Origin: Takakia lepidozioides
Taxonomy: Eukaryota; Plantae; Bryophyta
Assembly (NCBI GenBank): GCA_030704615.1
Contig: CM060733.1
Span: forward strand, 60,884,001-60,948,000
DNA length: 64,000 nucleotides
Direction: 5' to 3'
The translations under genes were made by a program, and so were the position numbers. The first letter of the stretch is position 1; every line of letters starts with the position of its first letter. Shown piece by piece: positions 25,069 to 39,902 of this stretch. The notes below the pieces were generated by a model that saw only the letters and a program-made list of their open reading frames with translations, was not told where the DNA came from and made no database searches.

Positions 25069-28000
25069 ATGGAGTCCCCGGAGCTCACAATAGAAGAGGT
25101 AGGCTGTTTCGATGCTGGTTAGGCAGGTCCTGTGACCTGCGGGTGGGATTCATGTTGTTGTATATTTGAATGGGTTTGTTAAGCAGCAGATTGAAGGGAA
25201 GGGTTGGATGCAGGTGTTGAAGAGGGATATTCCATGGGAAACCTACATGACTGCGAAGTTGATTACTGGCACGGGGTTACAATTACTGCGGCGATATGAC
25301 CACCGGCCTGAAAATGTGCAAGCTGCCTTGCTTGATGAGGTGATCTACTCGGGACTCTTCTGATCCATCTCATCTTACGAACGAGATGTAGAAACCCCGG
25401 ACAGGCTGATGGAATTTGGCCTTGATGGTGCAGAATGGGGTAGCGTACGTGCGTGTATTTGTGGGCATTCTGCGTGACATCTCCAAGCAAGAGACAGTGG
25501 AGTACATTCTTGCGGTAGTGGATGAACTTCTCACAGGTGTTGCTCCTTCCCTGTCAGTTTCTGCATTTTGAGGATTTGTTTTGGACCGGTTACATTCTTT
25601 TTCTTTCATTGCTTCCCCGCTGCTGTGCTCAAACTTTACGGTTCAGGGGCTGTTAATTCCGTTAGAGATTTATGTGGGAAGACATGTGCCAGAGTATGCA
25701 GAAGGACCTCTGTGTGGATGCTGTCCAGAAAAACCTAGGTGCTGCTTGCAGTCCCTAAGGCATGAGAAGGGGAGTTTAATAACTAATTTATGAGTGAGGG
25801 GCACAATTAACATGGGACCGGGGGAATGGGTGGCAGCTAATCCGAAGCGTGCCCGCTTGTTCCACGACAAGTCACTTGCTGATGAGGATGTGTACCGCCC
25901 TTTCCTGAGGTTTGTAACTTTGGCCAGACATTTTAAACCCTGCGTGTCTGATGTGAGCCTGGGGACTCATCTGTAGTTTCTTCAAATCTAATCCTTTGGT
26001 TGACTTTGTATAAACTTCGTCAACTAAGATGGTTGTGGGCTGAATACACTTGCCTCCTTTTTTATTTCCCTAATCATAATTTAAGATAGGCTTAGTAATT
26101 TGAAAGGGAATGTCTGTGGTTTTTGTTGGCAGATTGTTGCAAAGGAAGAACTGGTTTATTCAGGAGAAAAGCTGCAGAATCCTGACATTGGTGATCAGGT
26201 ATGAGCTCCTGCTTTGTAGGTGGTTCTTGGAGTGACTCGGTCCAGTTTTGTGGGTGAATGACATATTAGGGCAATATGGCTAGGGTGTTGCAGTGCACGT
26301 CCATATGATGAGGGGGACTTGAATGATTCGTCATTGGCTCCTGGAAAGCGGATCGATACACTTAGTGAGGTGTTTCGCGTGCTTGTGGATTGGCTTATTT
26401 CTCAGGTATTTTCTCATCTTTTCTTCACACTACTCTGAGAGGATAGGAGGGGAGGTAGAGACAGAGTGTCTTTGGGTTCACTGCCAAACATGCCTTCTTT
26501 TTAATTCTCAAACTTGGTTGGTCATGACATAGTTCTTCACTTACGCAGATTGCCCATGATAGTAAGGATTTCCTTAATGACAGGGTGTGTGTGTGGTGGT
26601 TGCAGTTGAGGATTCCGTCGCATCCAATTCGATCTATTCCTACAGCAGTGAGTTCGCTGGCGACACTGTTACGTAATTCTCAAGTGCGAGCTATGTTTGT
26701 GAAGGCCGATGGCATCAAGCTGCTTGCCCCTTTGATCACCCCTGCCTCCACTCAGCAGTACATTCAGGTTTCTTGCTCTAACACCATGTGCACTGTTGGC
26801 TCGTTCCACTTCACTTGGTTATCCATGTACAGACCCCCCACTATTGATACATTTATGAGAGGGACGGCCATGGGAGAAGGTTGTTAAGATTCGGACGTGA
26901 TACCGTGTGGGATATCCTCCACAATGCTAGGCTGAGCTAAAAAGTTTAAGCAATGGCTCGTCATTATTGGAAATGATGGCCAACTTAATTCCCCTAGTTG
27001 TTGACAAATGTGTCATTCAGACAATGCATGGAATGGTACCGTAATGTGAGCCTTCAAGGTCTGAGAGGAGAATGACATGTAATGAACAGTTCAAAGTAAT
27101 GGGAGCTGAAAAGAATCAAGGTTTGGACAACTATGAATTACTCTCAGTTTGGGAACTGAGTGTCTTTATGTTGAAAGGTACTTGACTTTGAAACTGAGTT
27201 GAAAATATGTGACATTTGATAGTTGAGAACCAGTATGTAGAGATATGCTAACTAGTAACAGCAGGGCTGCAGCCTGCCTTGGCCAGTTGCTTTTATGACA
27301 TTCTACTTGGTTCTCTGGCATATAGGAAGATATTGCCTCGGTTGTTATGGGCTCATGATGATAGAGGGGCATAGGAGATGACAAGGAAGAAAACTACATT
27401 TGGTGTTGAGGAGTAAGCGCTGGCTGTTAGTGCCTTCAGTGTCAAAATTTGTGTCAGCCATCTAGGAACAATTCACTGGATGCCTCCTGGCTGTCAGAAG
27501 TTATTTACTTCTGCAAATTTCTTGACCATAAGGGGACCAGTGATACTCTTCATGTCAGATGGAAGACATCTTTCCGCATATGTCCGCAAGTAGCACATTC
27601 TATTGCCACCTGTTGTAATTGCTGCTTCTGGAAATGTCAGGTGATGGTGCCTGCAATAGCCTCTCTGCAACAAGGTCACATATGCATTGTAGTATTTAAC
27701 ATGTGAGAAGCCATTGTGTGAAGCTCCTGTTAGTATGGATGCTCAGGATTAGACGCTTGAACTAAAACTCCGGGTGCATATGGGATCCAGCTGCTGTATG
27801 AGGCTATATTATGCATTTGGCTTCTTTCATTCTATGATGTTGCTGTGGATGCATTCTCTGCATCAAGAGTTCTACCTCGCCTTGTTGAAGTCGTGAAGAG
27901 TTCCACCAAGGAAAAGGTGCGGGGCCACGTATCCTCTGTTTTGCAGTGGTCGGCATTTTGTTTTGTTTGGCAGTGTTGATTCAAGTCACACTAATTATGT

Positions 28001-29787
28001 TAGGAAGCAACTAGGTTTCAAGTCAGGTATAAGATGGTGCAGGTCTCCAAGTGTCAGAGTGGGGTCCGTCCTAAAAAGTTCTCCCTAATGAATATGGAGT
28101 GAACAAAGCGTGGGTTTCTTCATTGCAAGAATGAAGACCTGACAGTTGTCAAACCTGTAAGCCACATCTATTGGCGCTTTTGAAGCTTCATATTTGGTGA
28201 CACACAACAAGGGCTAGTGGTTAGTACAAACACTGCTTAGTGAAGGAGTAAAACATGATTTGTCACCTACTTCAGAGCAATACAGGACGCTACTTTAGCT
28301 GCTATTGGAATCTCTGAATCATTTATGACGCTTATCTGTGACTTTGGAGGTGACAAGCATACCAAAAACCCGGAAGAACTGGTTTCCCAGCAGACTTAAC
28401 TTGGACTCAGCCTAATTCCTCTTAAACACCCAGATAATTTTTGAAAACTTCACCTCCACAGTCGTGTCATCCACCTTGACTTGAATCTAAAACCCATGTT
28501 CTCCAAGTGCAGGATCCACATCACCAGGTTGTTTGAAAGCTGGCTGCTGCTCCCTTGTGTATGATGGTGGGTGGTAGTTGGGACATGCAGGTCGTGCGTG
28601 TTGCCATCTTGACATGTCGCAACCTAACAACTTCACCTAACATTACTGCTGAGATGGTGGACCTGGGTATGCCCAAGGTTGTTCAGAGCTTAAAGCTGCA
28701 GGCATGGAATGATGAGGTAAATGCCTTGACCAGCTTGCTAGTATATCTGAGGCAACCCTGACCTCTCTCTGTGCCTGTCTGTTCATCTCCCTCTCCTGGG
28801 CTGAGTTTTATAGCTGGAAGTAGAAAATCTCACAGTTAACTCAGAAAGGATTAATCATAGTAGATTACTATGCCCTCTTTTCATTCTCCCTCTATTGCAA
28901 ACACAGAATTCTCTAGCCATTGGGGAATCAATACCGACTTGATTTCAGCTATGCTGTATATTTCAGGATATCTGCTTACAGTGTTAATTCATCTATTGTC
29001 CTAGGACTGCATTGTTTTCCAAGGTTGAAATCCTGCCCTGGTGTTCAGACTGATAGCGAAATGGTGGCATTATGCTCAGGATTTGACAGAGTCACTGGAG
29101 GTGGTGGACCTTGCTTTGAAGGAAAGTATTCGGAAGCTGAGCTCTTTTGACAAGTATAAGGCAGAGGTGTTTTCAGGCAATCTGGACTGGACTCCTATGC
29201 ATAAGGATCCCTTGTTTTGGCGCGAGAATGTTCAAAAATTTGAGGAGAATGACTTCCAGGTTTGGTGCCTCTTTGCTTCGAAGTGCAATTGTTTTCTCTT
29301 CACCCCTGTTTTCTGGCATGCTTTGTAGTACTGGAGTAGCAAGTTTCTCGGTAGAAGGCCATTGAGATCAACTGGCAGAGTCTTGAAGGCTGGGCAGATG
29401 TGATTTTCTCCACGAGTGGACATGTTATTCTCCAGCAAAGTAGTCTTTTCATCTTTTGTTGCATCTTGGTTTCTGTTTTGGAGTTCAGTCCTATTTTAAG
29501 ACTATCTTTCATGTTGATCTTGACCTTGTGGGGTTCTGCAGGTATTGCGAATTTTGATAACACTATTGGACAACTCACGCGATCCTAAGACCTTGGCAGT
29601 CGCATGCCACGATATTGCACAGTTTATTCAATATCATCCAGCAGGGCGTGGCATCATCCTAGATTTGAAGGGCAAGGAACGTGTCATGAAGCATATGGCA
29701 CATCCTAACCCTGATGTCTCCAAGCAGGCTCTGCTGTGTATCCAGAAGATATTGCTCAGCGCCAAATATGCAAGCTATATGCAGTAG
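25069..29787 (+). CDS. VHA-H: V-type proton ATPase subunit H, about 11 exons
   Basis: [93 protein letters not shown]. Confidence 0.97.
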
Positions 29788-32700
29788 CTGGGCAGACTGG
29801 CCACCGCGAAAGCTGAGTAGAAAGTGATTCAAATGTATGAGCGTTTATATCTGTGATTACAGGAATGCTTGTTCTTTGCTGAATGAAGGTTTTGTCACTT
29901 CTTCGGCTCTTCTCTGGGGTAATAAATGCTGGCTTTTCTTAATGATATTCCAGCCAGACTGTAGCAAGTCACCCAGCTTGACTAAAGAGGGATGAGACCT
30001 GGAGTTTAGAGCTTGCATGAAACAAAGCGACCTTCTTGGGATATTTGCAGTTTGATTGGTGCAAGGGTGGTCAAATCCTGTTTTGGTCAGAGATTTCCCC
30101 TTTCAGAGCCATTCCAGCAAGTGTCTGGAGTGTATTTTTTTCCACTGGTATTGCTTTAGCAGAGCACATGCAATACTGTGAGAAAGCAAGGAGGCCCCAC
30201 GCAAGTGTGCACTGCGCGTCTCAATGACTTGATGAATTCCCAGAAGAATGGTCTTGTTCTGAAGTGAATGATTCTGTTGGATGAAACTGAAAACTTGATA
30301 ATACGCAGATGTGGTACTTAGCGCGTTGCTAAAACGTAAGGAGGATTGAGCTTCAGCATGCACCAATTCCCCAAGATGGGCTTTGGGCCCCAGGTAAGGT
30401 GAAGGAAATGAAGGTGTGAAACCAACCCTGTTTATCCAAGGTTGAGGTGGCAAGCATTCAGGGTGATAGAGTGGACGAGTCTATTATGATGCACTGAAGT
30501 CCTTAAGAGAAAGGGTGGAAAGAGAGGGATCTATATATAGAGCTCTGCGGTCAACTACTAAACTTTGCTTTGCCCTTCCAACTCGCGGAGCTGAGCATCT
30601 GATATTCGCGGCGCGAAGCGCCGCCTCTGCAGGAGCCTTGTGCAGTAAACTCCTCCGGGCGGATCTAAGTTTAGTAGTCCCCACGAAGCTTTCGGAGAAG
30701 GGTAGTCTTGTGTGTAAGGGGATTTGATGCATGCAAGTTGTTGCAGTGCTTGAGCTCCACCAGTGTTCCAATTGTTTTTGCCTCCTCTCCTGCTCTCGAA
30801 CCACCATGTGTCCCACTATAGGCCAAAAGAAGATATCTTCCAAGTGGTGCTCTAGTCCTGTGATAGTCATGTTTGCCTCAACTGGATATTTTTCAAGATA
30901 GTTTCTTTGAAAATGTCTAGGCCTTGAAAAGTCTGTATTCCTAGTGTAAGATTGTGATCCAACCAGCTGGTACATCTTAGAGTCTTACATTTCGACATCG
31001 CTTTGACATCAGTAAATCTTACATTTCGAACCAAGAGCATATCATCACCATTTTCCTGTGCATTATCTTGAGAGTCTTTGTAGATCAGCCAGTATCAATT
31101 GTCATGTGAAAATTGCTTGTTGTGTTGTTTCATAAGGTAGAAAGTTCACATGAAACACAGTTAGTTGGAACGAAAATATGTGCTGCTTCGAAGGTCGAGG
31201 CGCTACCCTCACTCTCAATCCATTACTGTCCAAATTCTGTGCTTCAACATTTAATTGTTCCAGCCAATTTGCATGGACAAGTCTTATTTGTAGATGTAAC
31301 TGAGTGACATTCAATGGTGACACTGGAGGGTCTATTAGAAGTGAGAGGTGCTCCTACGCCAGCGGACAGGATCCAGCAACAGAATGCCTTGTTGTTGGTG
31401 TTATGCGCAGCAGTCAAGGCAGTGCGCATAACTTGGGAATTCCTGGAAGGTGCATTGGTGCAATTCCTCTGGACAAAAAATCTATGCTGCTTCTGCTGGG
31501 AGTCAAGGATCTTGCTTTTAGAAGTGACCTCCAATTGTGAAGTGGGTTCCAGGTACTGTTCTTGAATGAAGAAAAATCATGCACTGCGCAATCTCTCTCC
31601 ATGCACACTAACATACTGAAATTCTTATTTCAAAGATTAACTGCTAGTGCAGAATTGGTAGAAGTAAAACCAGAACTGAGAGACCAGGATTGTAATATTT
31701 AGTCCCTTCGCGAGGATGCAAATTCTCTCTGCCCAAGGGATCCATCCCCCTGCTGTTTCTAGTGGAGACCCAGCCCCAGACCCCAGAGGCCAATGCAGCA
31801 CAAGCAATATGTAAATTTGAAAAAATAATTATAAATAAGTAAAAGGAAAGAAAAAAGATAGAGAAGCAAGCCATGGTTAGGTGCGCTAACCATGGGTGAC
31901 GGCGAGATTAGGTGGCACCCCATTAATGGGAGCGTGAAAAAGTCCGTAAGGGGGTGGCAAAAAGCCAACAAGGTATTTACTCTGCCTTGCCACCGGTGTT
32001 CCCTTTACGCTTCTTTTTGTCCCGACCCGTTGTTATTTTCCTTTGACCGCTGGATTTCTGTTTCTTTTTTGAGCAAAAGGAGAGAAACAAAGCCGTGTAT
32101 TATCTGCTGGTTCTCGCAAAGGGGGGCTTTGACCGCCGGGTTTTGCATTTATTTTCTTTGACCGGCTCGAGCGGTAATTTGGGGGATTGGTTTGACCCGC
32201 TGAATTTTGTCATTACTTCGGATTATCGCCCGTCGCCACGTGTTGGAAATGCAACACACCGGATGTCCTTCATCTAAATTTGGGCTGTAATCATTCATTT
32301 CGGTGTAATCATCCATCCATCCGCTATGACAGAGTTATCCCACTCAGTAACAGTACTGTTATATATTTATTGGCTGATTAATTTTTTTTAATGGTAAACT
32401 GTTCCGGATGAATGAAATCATTAGTTCAACAACTAGTCGACAGCCGGAGGGGCGAATCCTTTTGGCGAACAATGAGATCCTCCCTCTTGACGAGGAGGAG
32501 GCTGTCTTCGATTCATGAAGATGATCAGTCTGCGATTGTCGTGAACTCTGGCGCACTAAGTTATCTCACATTTGTTCCAACTGTTGTCTGTTTAGACTTT
32601 CCTTTCTGTAGAAGGGATGGTGAAACTCCAGATATATAGATCCCTCAAATTATGCAAAAGTTCTGGTCATAACCGTCAGCCTGATTAGGCTGATAGATCT

Positions 32701-35700
32701 CCAGATGATGGATGCCAATCAGGCTTCCGCAAGCTCACTAAGTATCCAATTTTTACCTTGTAGCCAAATGGCCTAGTTCCACGTCCCTCTCTCCTGCGGC
32801 GGCATCCGGTGCAGCTTTCCAGGGGACTAAACTAGTTCCTAACCTTGAGCTCTACAGCGACTACACTTGAAAACACGCTGCTTTTGGAAGACCAGATTAG
32901 GCTAAAGCGAAAGAAGTTTCCAACAGGATGTGATCTGGAACCTTTGGCAATTTGCAGGTCTAGAAGTTGACTTCTCTACAGATTATAAACCACATTGCCT
33001 TGAAAATTAGAAAGGCTCTAGAGGGCAAAGGAAATTGAAGCTTAGGATTCTCATGCGCATTCCTGCTTGCAGGTGGGGAATCGGCACAGTTCAGTACACC
33101 CAAAAACATCATCTCGATCAGCAATTCCAAAAATTGAATGACGCAATGCGCGCCATGGGTCTTATATGCAAGCTGCACGTCCCCATCAGCTCACATGCTT
33201 GCAAGACATGAGACCTTGGCTGCAACGTTCCCAGAGTTATGGCTTTGATTGTTTGTGCAATCACACGCTCCCTGGTCCAGTAACGCGAAGCTCCTAATGC
33301 AACCGGGCATTAAGATGGATTAGTTTTATATAATCATCTGACTCCTGAGCCCAGGTTGAGGCTAGTAAACCCAGCCCTTATTATATCGTGATTTGGTGCT
33401 AACAAATGCATCTTAATTGGCACATTGAAGGGCGACGTGCGCTCTGCCCTTCATAACTTGCATGGGAGCGCAATGCAGAATAGCAATCTCCCTTCTTTGG
33501 CCCTCTTGCCCTCTCGATCTCCTCTCCAAAGCACCACGCTCGGCATTCACTCCAACACACCCCTCGCAGACAGACCGATCACAGCGACACGAATCGAGTC
33601 AAGCCAGTCAAAGGCCGAGGCGGCCCAGTCAAGCCTCGCACGCTAATCCAATGACTGTAGTCAATGTCGTTCCCCGCTAATAAATCCACCCATTAACTAC
33701 CCGAGGATGGCAGGCGAACACCGGAGCGATTACAGATGAAATCCACCGACTCACCCATGCTGAAACAGCGGATGGATGAGAACTGAACAAATATCATCGA
33801 CGGATAAAGTGACTCGACACCTTTGCCGCGGTCAAGCCCTAGGTGCTGACCCCTACAATTGGGGTTGACCCGGAGCACAGAGCTACCGTCCGATCTTGAG
33901 ATGAGCGGCCAACATGCTTTGGATACCCCTCGGCATAGTTATTGATTCCGGCATCCAATGATTTCGATATTGAAAAGTTAAACACGAAATCTTCCGCACG
34001 TGTGGAGGAATGACGCCCGTCGAAGTACCGGGCGGAGAGTGGAGGGGGAGAGGTGGAAAGATGGGAGGTGTGGGAAAGATGGGGGCGGGCTGTCGGGATT
34101 TGTTTCGAGGGCGTGCCCGTGCGGCGTCGCACGAGGCACGGCAGCCTCGGTATTGTAGCCGACGAGCATTCGTGTAGAGACGGTGTGAGGATCTGATGAT
34201 CTGGTGTGTGTTGTGGGGCGGAGGGAAGCTTGGCTTCTCCTTGTTTTGCTTGCAGATGCCAAGCTACAGTGCCTGGTCGCCTCTGTGTCCTTCACATCTC
34301 CTGCCAGAGATGCTCAGGCTGCAAATTGCTGGTATGTTTTGCTTCAGGTGTTTTTGACGTGTCTCAATATTCTCACTGTCTAGTTGTCTACAGCTTCGTG
34401 AATTTCTCGTGTGTGCTGGGCCCTCAGTGCTATGTTTGGAAATATGAAGTCCTTGTTGGGCCCCTGTAAGTATACTGGATCTATGTACATATCAGATGAT
34501 GCAGGCATATTTGGGGCTAGCTTGTTGGTTAGGCTAAACTTATATTAGGAGAGTGGGGATTGTTATTAGGAGCTAATAAAAGCAATCTAAAGGGGTCAGA
34601 GGTTTGAGTAGGCACAAAAAGGCCATTGATCAGCCAAGGGATATTCCGTTGCTTTTCAGCGGGAAGATTGCACAAGGCTTGGTAATTTGATGAGTGCTGC
34701 ATTAAGTAGACAAGTGTGACTGGGCCGGTTCAAATGCTGCCCTTGAGTTTCCTCAGAATGTTTTCTAATATATAAGTGGAGGAAGCCCTTCACATCATAG
34801 TAAATGAACAAGGAAATTAATCTTGTTAAGTAGAGCCATTATAAAGCGTGGATCAAGCGCACCCTGATCCACGCTGGGACGACAGACTTTTGTATTCCGA
34901 ATTAAAAGCCCACCCACTTCGCTCGCCCATCAATATGCTGCTGCGGGTATAGATACCAATTTCACGTGTCTCCATACCAAATACATGTGCCTGGACCTTG
35001 AAAATTTAAAGACCTGTTCCTCCCCAATCACTCCCAGTAGGCAGAGGTAATGATCAACCCAAGTAGCAGAGTGTTGGAGCGGAAAGCATTCACTCCGGCA
35101 AAATAGGTCAAAGTTCAGCAACTATAACTCCATAGGTCTGTCATCCCTACATCACTACCAATCATATCGGAGATAAAAATGTACCGAAAATAAACCGAAT
35201 TTCCGAATGGTAGGTGCCTTACAAGAGTTGACAAATCATTGGGTCACCACAACAACTCCCGTGTAAGGCCCAATCAAAAACGGATTCATGGCCTCCGTGA
35301 TTCGCTCAGCCCTTATCCCTCTCTTTGTGTGACTCTTTCACAGCTACATACTTGGCAGAATCTCATTGTTGCTCCTTCTTTTTAGAGTCATTGTTGGAAA
35401 GGAATATCACTTGCCACCTTTTCATTGACTCCTTTTGGGGTGAGGTTCGAGCAACTACACTGCTGCAGATGGATATGCAGAAACCCGGCAGTTGACCCCA
35501 TGCCTGCACAAAAATACAGTAGATGCTTTTGCAGGAAAACAGGGTGCTACTTGGAAGAAGATGAGTGGCCAGGGTATTTGTCAACAGGCCTCACCCATAT
35601 CTGTCTGGATAGGTCGCAACACCACCAAACCTGGCGATATCTTTCTCCTACAGGTGCGTTACAGGCTAGTTTTAGGTTCGGTAAGCGTTTAGCCTCGTTC

Positions 35701-38700
35701 GCTATGGTTTGTAGCCCTGAGGTTGCATTGATTTAGCCAGGCTCGTTGCTCAGTGGGCAGAATCTGGCCCACATTCCAAACCCATCTGTTTTTAGCAGGG
35801 AGGAGTGCTTAGGTGTTTGGCGATCCTGCATTCAGGCTGACTCTGTACTTCAATCTTTCATGTATAATGTCTTGTGCTTTATCTCGATCCAAGAATCAGT
35901 GCCCAATTGTGGCAGCTTTTGTAGCTTGCAGTTCCCAATGATCATCCCTTGTTGTGCCATGCAATCAAATTGCGGTGCCAATGATTAGCTCCGCTAATGA
36001 GCTAATCGAACAAACAAAAGCAGAGATGTTTGCACCCGCAGGAGGACCTTCGATGTAGATTTGTGGAATCAACCTCAATTTGAAAACCTAATACAAGATT
36101 TGGGTCGTCGGATTTGTCGCCAATTGAGCACATTTAGAGGCCACGACGCCCTAATCCCTGGGGGCTTGTTGGTGAAGTTCGTGCACAAGAAACGACAACG
36201 AGACTCCGACGAGAATACCCACATGCGCAAATGCTCGTTGCAGTGGGGCTGAAGTTTTGAACACGTTGCACTTCCGTGCGCTTTCAACGCAAGATCTCGA
36301 AGAAAGTCGCAGGTGCTAAAAAGTGTAATTGCGGCTGGCGTGCTCCTTTGGAGTCGCATCGACCACCCTCTGTCAAATGTCAAACTGGATGTGATCTCGC
36401 CTAGCCTTATTAGCGCTGGACTGTCTATGCACGCACACAGAGCTGCTGTCTGATCTACGCGTCTCTAGAGACTGGGAAGATGACCCGTCTGCATCTGCCA
36501 TGTAGACGAGGCACTGAACTTGTCCTTTTGTCCAGTTGTGAGTTGCACGTGTAGTAAGGTTTAATCATTCAGAAAAACTCAAATGAATTTGAACCGCAAT
36601 TTGTAACAACAAGTTTCACCAGTGAGTGTTGATCGCGACACTAGACAGAGCTCAGACAATCATCCTAGAACTTCTCGGACGTTCCTTACTGAATGTCTAG
36701 CATCTACCACGTATAACCCTTGCCGATAGAGAGGGGAAAAGTGATTGGGGAAAGCCGTGCTCATGCACGAGTCGGTTGACGGCGAGGGTTGGTCTAGATC
36801 TCGTGCTGAAGAACGTTTTATTTCACTGGAAGTTGACCAAAATCGGCAATGAAAAGTTCTCACTTGTATCCATTACGAATTCACACGTGCTTCGAAAATT
36901 TTAAATCTTGAGTGATTTGGTGTGCCTTGTTTCTTGTGAACACAAGCTAAGTACGCTTTCAGGAGCTATCTTGAAATCGTTGCCCAGCTCCTATACCTTC
37001 TTTTCTCTGACTCGTAAAACAACAGACGCGCGCAAAACAGCCCCGTCTTGGAGGATACCTGCAGATGATACGTAGGCTGCAGGTAAACGCCAAATTGGCA
37101 TATATAGGGCACTGCTGATCCTTTGAATCTAGCAGTAGAGGGTGTGGGACCGAGCCTGGAGATCAGAGAGAGAGAGCTCGAGAGAATCCAGATGACCGTC
37201 CGGAATTTTCGTTCACTAAACTACATTACGATTAAACTGAAAACATTTGGGATCCAGTGATTGCCATGTCAGTCCCACATTCCAAAATACTTGTACATAC
37301 AAACATGTAAACATGTGACAAGACATGGTACGTAATACGAACAGGAAAAATACCCAATGATGCGTAGACCCTGACCAATTCTAGTCCCGCTTCTACAAAG
37401 CGTGCCCGATCAGTCTAAATGTACAGGTGCTTGGTCATTCCGCTTCATTTCACTTCAAGCTTCCAGTGCATCCCACCACAAACTTGGAGAATTGCTTCCA
37501 GACGCACGTAGGGAAGGAAATCGATGGCAGAATAATGGAAAAGCAAGGCAGGCAGTGTGGCACGAACTGGAATAACGCACGCCTCCATCGCTGTGCTGTG
37601 CAGCGAGCGAGTGCAGCCGGGCAGAGCTGCCACGACGGAGCTTCGTCGAGCAAGCGACGTTTCGACGTTTGGACTTGTGGACGTGACGATGTGGGCACCC
37701 CCCACTTTATTGCCTCTGCCACCGTATCTCCACTCTACCAGGTATACGTCGTAGCTTTCGTATTACGGCCGATTTTATTTATTTATCTTTTGTTTCCAAC
37801 CCAGCAACTGGGCCTGGAAATAAACCCCCGTTTCTAAGCCATGGAAACATTACAGGGGCAGAGCCCCAGCCCGAAGGCAGAGAGACCAGATGACAGGGTT
37901 TGAGCCCCAGACCCACGGGTCAATACACGAGTGGCTTACCACCGGGCCTCGATAGTTTCCAAAATAATGGCGATTGGACCAAAGCCTTTTTCGTGGGCCT
38001 TTCCGTGGCTAGTATCCTTTGGAATAATTACCGGAATAGCCAGATTTTATTTATCGAAAATACGTGGCTTCTTCACGGGCGTCAGTCCAGAAATTAGACG
38101 AACGTCCGTCGCCACTTCAGCGACGGCGTCTTCGGCTAGACTTCGAAGTGGGCGACGTCCGGTGGGACGGACGAAAATACAGTTTTAGACGGAAAGGTTC
38201 CGAATGCTCCAGTTCAGTGGCCAGCTCTGAAGCGTTGCTCCAGTAAATTTGTAGCTATCGAATTTAAGCATTCAGAAGAAAGGAAATGGAAAGTAGTTAT
38301 AACAAAATATCAAGGTTCCAGATCATGCATTTATATGTGAGGCTGCTGATCTGACTCATGAATCCATGGACAGACTTGAATCGACTGGAAGGAAGCATGA
38401 GCTTGCTAAGATCCATCAAGCTGGTGCCTGTGGACGTCGTCATTTGGAATGAGCTTATCACAATTTAGTGAACTCTACTTGTGCATATCTGTCTCTGTAA
38501 ATCACTGGGTGAGAAATGTGGAAACTTTGAAGATTAAATTAAATGAAAGATGAAGTTCAGGACTGCTCCAATTACTCCACTGGTAGAGAGCGTGGAGTGC
38601 AATAGGAAAGGGAGTGTGTAGCGATACACTCGGAGTGATGGCCGATTGCAACTTTTCTGTTAAATTTTGACCCCAATTCAATCTGTAGAGGATGACAAAA

Positions 38701-39902
38701 TGGGAATGCTACCTAACATCGCTGAATGTTTACCCAATGAAGACAAAGAGCTCTCTATATGCTCAACTACATATATACCCAGTGAAGCAAAACCAGGTCT
38801 TAGAACTGTCTGTTCAGCGAAACTAATCTTAAGACTTTGTCAACCATCGCTAGACTCAGTTGATCCAGATTTCGCTTCGATTCGGTGGAAGCTCTACGCG
38901 GTGCAGCTACGCCGCGGAGGTGGTCGGCCGCCCCGCACCAAGCGGCCCCGCGTCAGCCCACCTTGGGGCGCGCCGCACCCCGTCACAGCGGTGACGAGAG
39001 TGACGACCGTCAAACGTACCAACGAAAACTTGAATTACGTCCACCCTTTGTTCCACATCCAGTGGGCCCACCGAATACGACACTTCATCCTACCATTCTA
39101 TCCGGAACACACCGTCTGGCCGGCGGATCCTACCATTCCAGAGCTGTCCATTTGTTTTTTTAATGTTTTCGTAATTTTGAATTATTCTCCAGTCGATTCG
39201 TTCATAGAATAAAATAAACTCATCGATTAACGAATTCGATTTGTTGTCAGTTATTTTATTGTTTAAAAGTTAAGAAAAATTAAAAATTGGAGGAGGTGAC
39301 GGGGTGGTTCCCGATGCGGAGCCCGGACGGGGAACATCGGGAAGCGGGCAGCCCGCTGTCCGAAAAGACAGCAGCACGGAAGGTAAAAGATGGAATCGTC
39401 AGAAAGAATTGAGTAAAAGATGGCATGGGGCGGAAAGATATCTTTCGGCACGCAGCGCAGCGCGAGAAGGAAAGAAACGCGAGGGAGAGCGACAAACAAG
39501 GGAGGGGCATATAAGGCACTGCCGCTTCACTCATCCCTCCCATCTCTCTCCCCCTCCGACCTTCCGCCTTCCTTCGCTCCGCAGACCTCACAAGGTCTCA
39601 GCAGCGGCGATAACTTGTCTGTGCGAAGTTGTTGTGGATCTCTGAACAGTGCAAAGGTCGTTTGGGGGGTGTCAGTCTTCTGCAGCCACGCGCTTCTTAC
39701 TTCTTCTGTACTGTCTCTGCCCACCAATGAAGCTGGCTCTCGCTTACAGTCTGCAGGAGTAGTCTTCGGCTATAAGGAGTTTAAGTGTCTCTGCCTTCGG
39801 CCGGGTTGGGTTTCAAACCTGCAGGGTTTTCCTACTGTGTCACAGTTGGAATCTGTAGTCGTTCGTGACTCGTTTGGAGGACTAAGCAACCTATAAGTTG
39901 CT

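Noticed and set aside
30484-31565. 163-aa minus ORF and nearby short ORFs
   Set aside because: No recognisable domain or consistent splice structure.
34845-34875. 11-bp-stem hairpin AGCGTGGATCA...TGATCCACGCT as a Helitron 3' end
   Set aside because: No CTRR terminus at the expected distance; isolated hairpin.
34256-36252. Exon-like AG/GT-bounded segments suggesting a plus-strand gene
   Set aside because: Phases do not join into an open frame and no homology is recognised; it may be a lncRNA or relic but cannot be supported.
38667-39896. ORFs of 113-181 aa upstream of CFL1
   Set aside because: GC-rich promoter and 5' UTR sequence with no protein-like motifs.
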